A model generated the notes under the pieces. It saw only the letters and a list, made by a program, of their open reading frames with translations, searched no databases and was not told the DNA's origin. A stretch of DNA of 63,625 nucleotides, the filler included, from Folioceros fuciformis (lineage: Eukaryota): assembly GCA_049999805.1 (NCBI GenBank). It is 22 parts of 22 records of this genome, joined end to end, with 100 filler letters (N's around TTAATTAATTAA, not from the genome) between each part and the next. Parts side by side here need not be neighbours in the genome. Positions count along the whole stretch, not along the records: positions 61,627 to 63,625 come from JBNGIO010000778.1; 21 more parts are not named here. One strand, given 5' to 3'. The position numbers and the translations under genes were made by a program. This document shows positions 61,527-63,625 of this stretch, in pieces. Positions within the stretch are counted from its first letter, which is position 1; every line of letters begins with the position of its first letter.

Positions 61527-62016
61527 NNNNNNNNNNNNNNNNNNNNNNNNNNNNNNNNNNNNNNNNNNNNTTAATTAATTAANNNNNNNNNNNNNNNNNN
61601 NNNNNNNNNNNNNNNNNNNNNNNNNNTTTGCGGCGCTGTTAGACATAACACTAATAAACTCAATTGCCGGCCTGGCAGCTGCTGCGTTGCTGCCCCGCCT
61701 GAGTTATTCGCATATACCAGGGATAGCGTGAGGACTTCCGGATTAGATTTTAGTGCTTGACGTTGGGTGACATATCCAGCAATACTATCCATTGCCTCAT
61801 ATCCCGTACAGACGTATCTACCCACCTCCGAATCATGGTGAATGCTTTTGAATTAATTATTTGTATATTATCTCATTAAATATCTGGTAAATTAAAAACT
61901 CTCCCCAGCATTGCAATGTAATGCGGAATGCGCTAAGGCAACATATGCAAGTACATTATAACATTTGCAGGACACATGCCTTAGGGTTTAGGATTTTGAG
62001 TTTCTTCTCTTGCCAT

Positions 62017-62600
62017 CTATCTAAGGACACACAAGGAATATTGGGTAAGGATCTTTTGTAGACATTTGTATGTTTGTGTGAGAGTCATTTTTACTACTTT
62101 TGCTACAAGATTGCTCTGTTGGTGATTCCTTAAACAATGACCAAATTGGACAAAAGGAAGGCCTCTCATTGAAAATTTTAGTGCTAGAGTCTTCCTTCCT
62201 TGCATGCCAAGGGTGAATCCATTGGTTGGGGAGTATAGAGGGGGACTCTTCTCTACTTTTGCAAAAGTTTCAAATATAAGGTACAACCTCACACACAAGA
62301 ATTTCAAGAAATGATTGTTCACCCAACATAGACCTTACTTGTAGATGAGATCATCAAGCTCCACCAGTTCCTTAAGTTACAAGTATATCTTGGCTTGGAA
62401 GGAGAAACTTTGATAAACTATCCCAAACAATCCATTGGCACATTCTATCCTCCCAACTTCTCACTTCCTAAACTCTTGAAGTCATCCTTGTGCCAATTCA
62501 AGCCTTCCAACTCCTCCTTTAAGCCCATCACCAAAATGTTGCTCCGAACACCCACACCTTACATCCAAAGCTTTTGGAGTCATCCTCATGCCAATTTCCA
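62017..62600 (-). pseudogene. Highly degraded Ty3/gypsy RT remnant
   Basis: Weak RT-like words (FLKFL.V, GHC); heavily mutated. Confidence 0.35.
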
Positions 62601-62689
62601 ATCATAGTCTTCAAGTTAAGCACTTCACTAATAACCATGTGATCTAGGCCGCTCAATCTTGCATAGACTTCGCTTGTGTCGAGTAGCAG

Positions 62690-62955
62690 CCGCATAGCTG
62701 CATGCCTACCTAGCCTGTCCACAAAGCTAACGCATAGGTGCATGCCTAGTAGCCGCATAGCTGCATGCCTACCTAGCCTGTCCACAAAGCTAACGCATAG
62801 CTGCATGCCTACCTGGCCTGTCCATAAAGCTAACGCATAGCTACATGCCTACCTAGCCTGTCCACAAAGCTAACGCATAGCTGCATGCCTACCTGGCCTG
62901 TCCATAAAGCTAACGCATAGCTGCATGCCTACCTAGCCTGTCCATAAAGCTAAGT
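62690..62955. repeat. 40-bp tandem repeat (GCATAGCTGCATGCCTACCTAGCCTGTCCACAAAGCTAAC), ~6 copies
   Basis: Direct inspection. Confidence 0.93.
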
Positions 62956-63625
62956 AACTCAGTACCAGCCTTGCCTGCGATATCCTTGGCCTATGGCCCA
63001 GGATCAACAAGCTAGCCACAAATTGTCCTTGGCCTATGACCAAGAGCAAGGCTACAAGAAGGGTTGGGTCTACCTAAGAGAGGCAGGCCTATGGCTGCGA
63101 ATAGGCAAAATCAAGATGAAAAATTCTCCCAACTTGGCAATGCAACAGACCACAAGAACCTCTAAAAGACAAAGACATAGATGGAACGAAGTATGGCTAT
63201 CTATTAGAACAAGACAAACATCAACAATCCAAGAATCCATGGTTGGGTAGCCCACATATATAGGCAAAATCCTCAAGGACTCTCGATGAAGTGCCTCCTC
63301 GCATCCTACTTCTCGTTGGCCTTTGATCTAATCAACTTGAAAAGAAATTGTTGTTTGTTTGCGAGCCATACTAATATATAACTAGTAGGCAACAGAAACA
63401 TGAGCTCAAGGCTGGTTAGCTGCAAAGAGCTGAGAGATGGTCCACCCACTCACTTGCTTTTGAGATAGGTTGGGATTGGGAGTGTTTGGGAGGAGTTTGT
63501 TGGTTGTGCTAGGACATGAAGAATTCCACAAGATAGATTATTCCCCATACATATGTTCTTCTAAGTGTGTAGAAATAATAGGCTTGGAATCCTTTCACCT
63601 TAGTCTTGTGTCTTGTTGCTTGGTT

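Overview
Eukaryotic land-plant nuclear DNA, most likely a hornwort (inferred from GRP-type and WW-type DYW variants and short introns). The window is not one locus: it is 22 short contigs joined by 21 artificial 100-nt spacers (N44-TTAATTAATTAA-N44), so adjacency across spacers means nothing. Most of it is decayed, nested transposon sequence: Ty1/copia and Ty3/gypsy (one Athila-like) LTR elements, a CRE-like non-LTR element, two MULE/SWIM transposase copies and many minisatellites. Host genes are an 11-exon METTL6/TRM140-like tRNA m3C methyltransferase (52207-54132, +), an intact intronless 1096-aa PLS-PPR protein (56389-59679, -), its truncated tandem paralog, and a WW-type PLS-PPR pseudogene. 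The intact PPR ends in a DYW:KP/GRP domain (candidate U-to-C editing factor) and carries two N-terminal OSB-type PDF-like ssDNA-binding motifs. Best leads: the PDF-PPR-GRP fusion, a homologous antisense ORF between pol and the 3' LTR in two diverged copia elements, a ParB/Srx-like ORF among transposon debris, and a copia LTR family with AG...CT termini. All family assignments come from motif recognition by eye, not from database searches.
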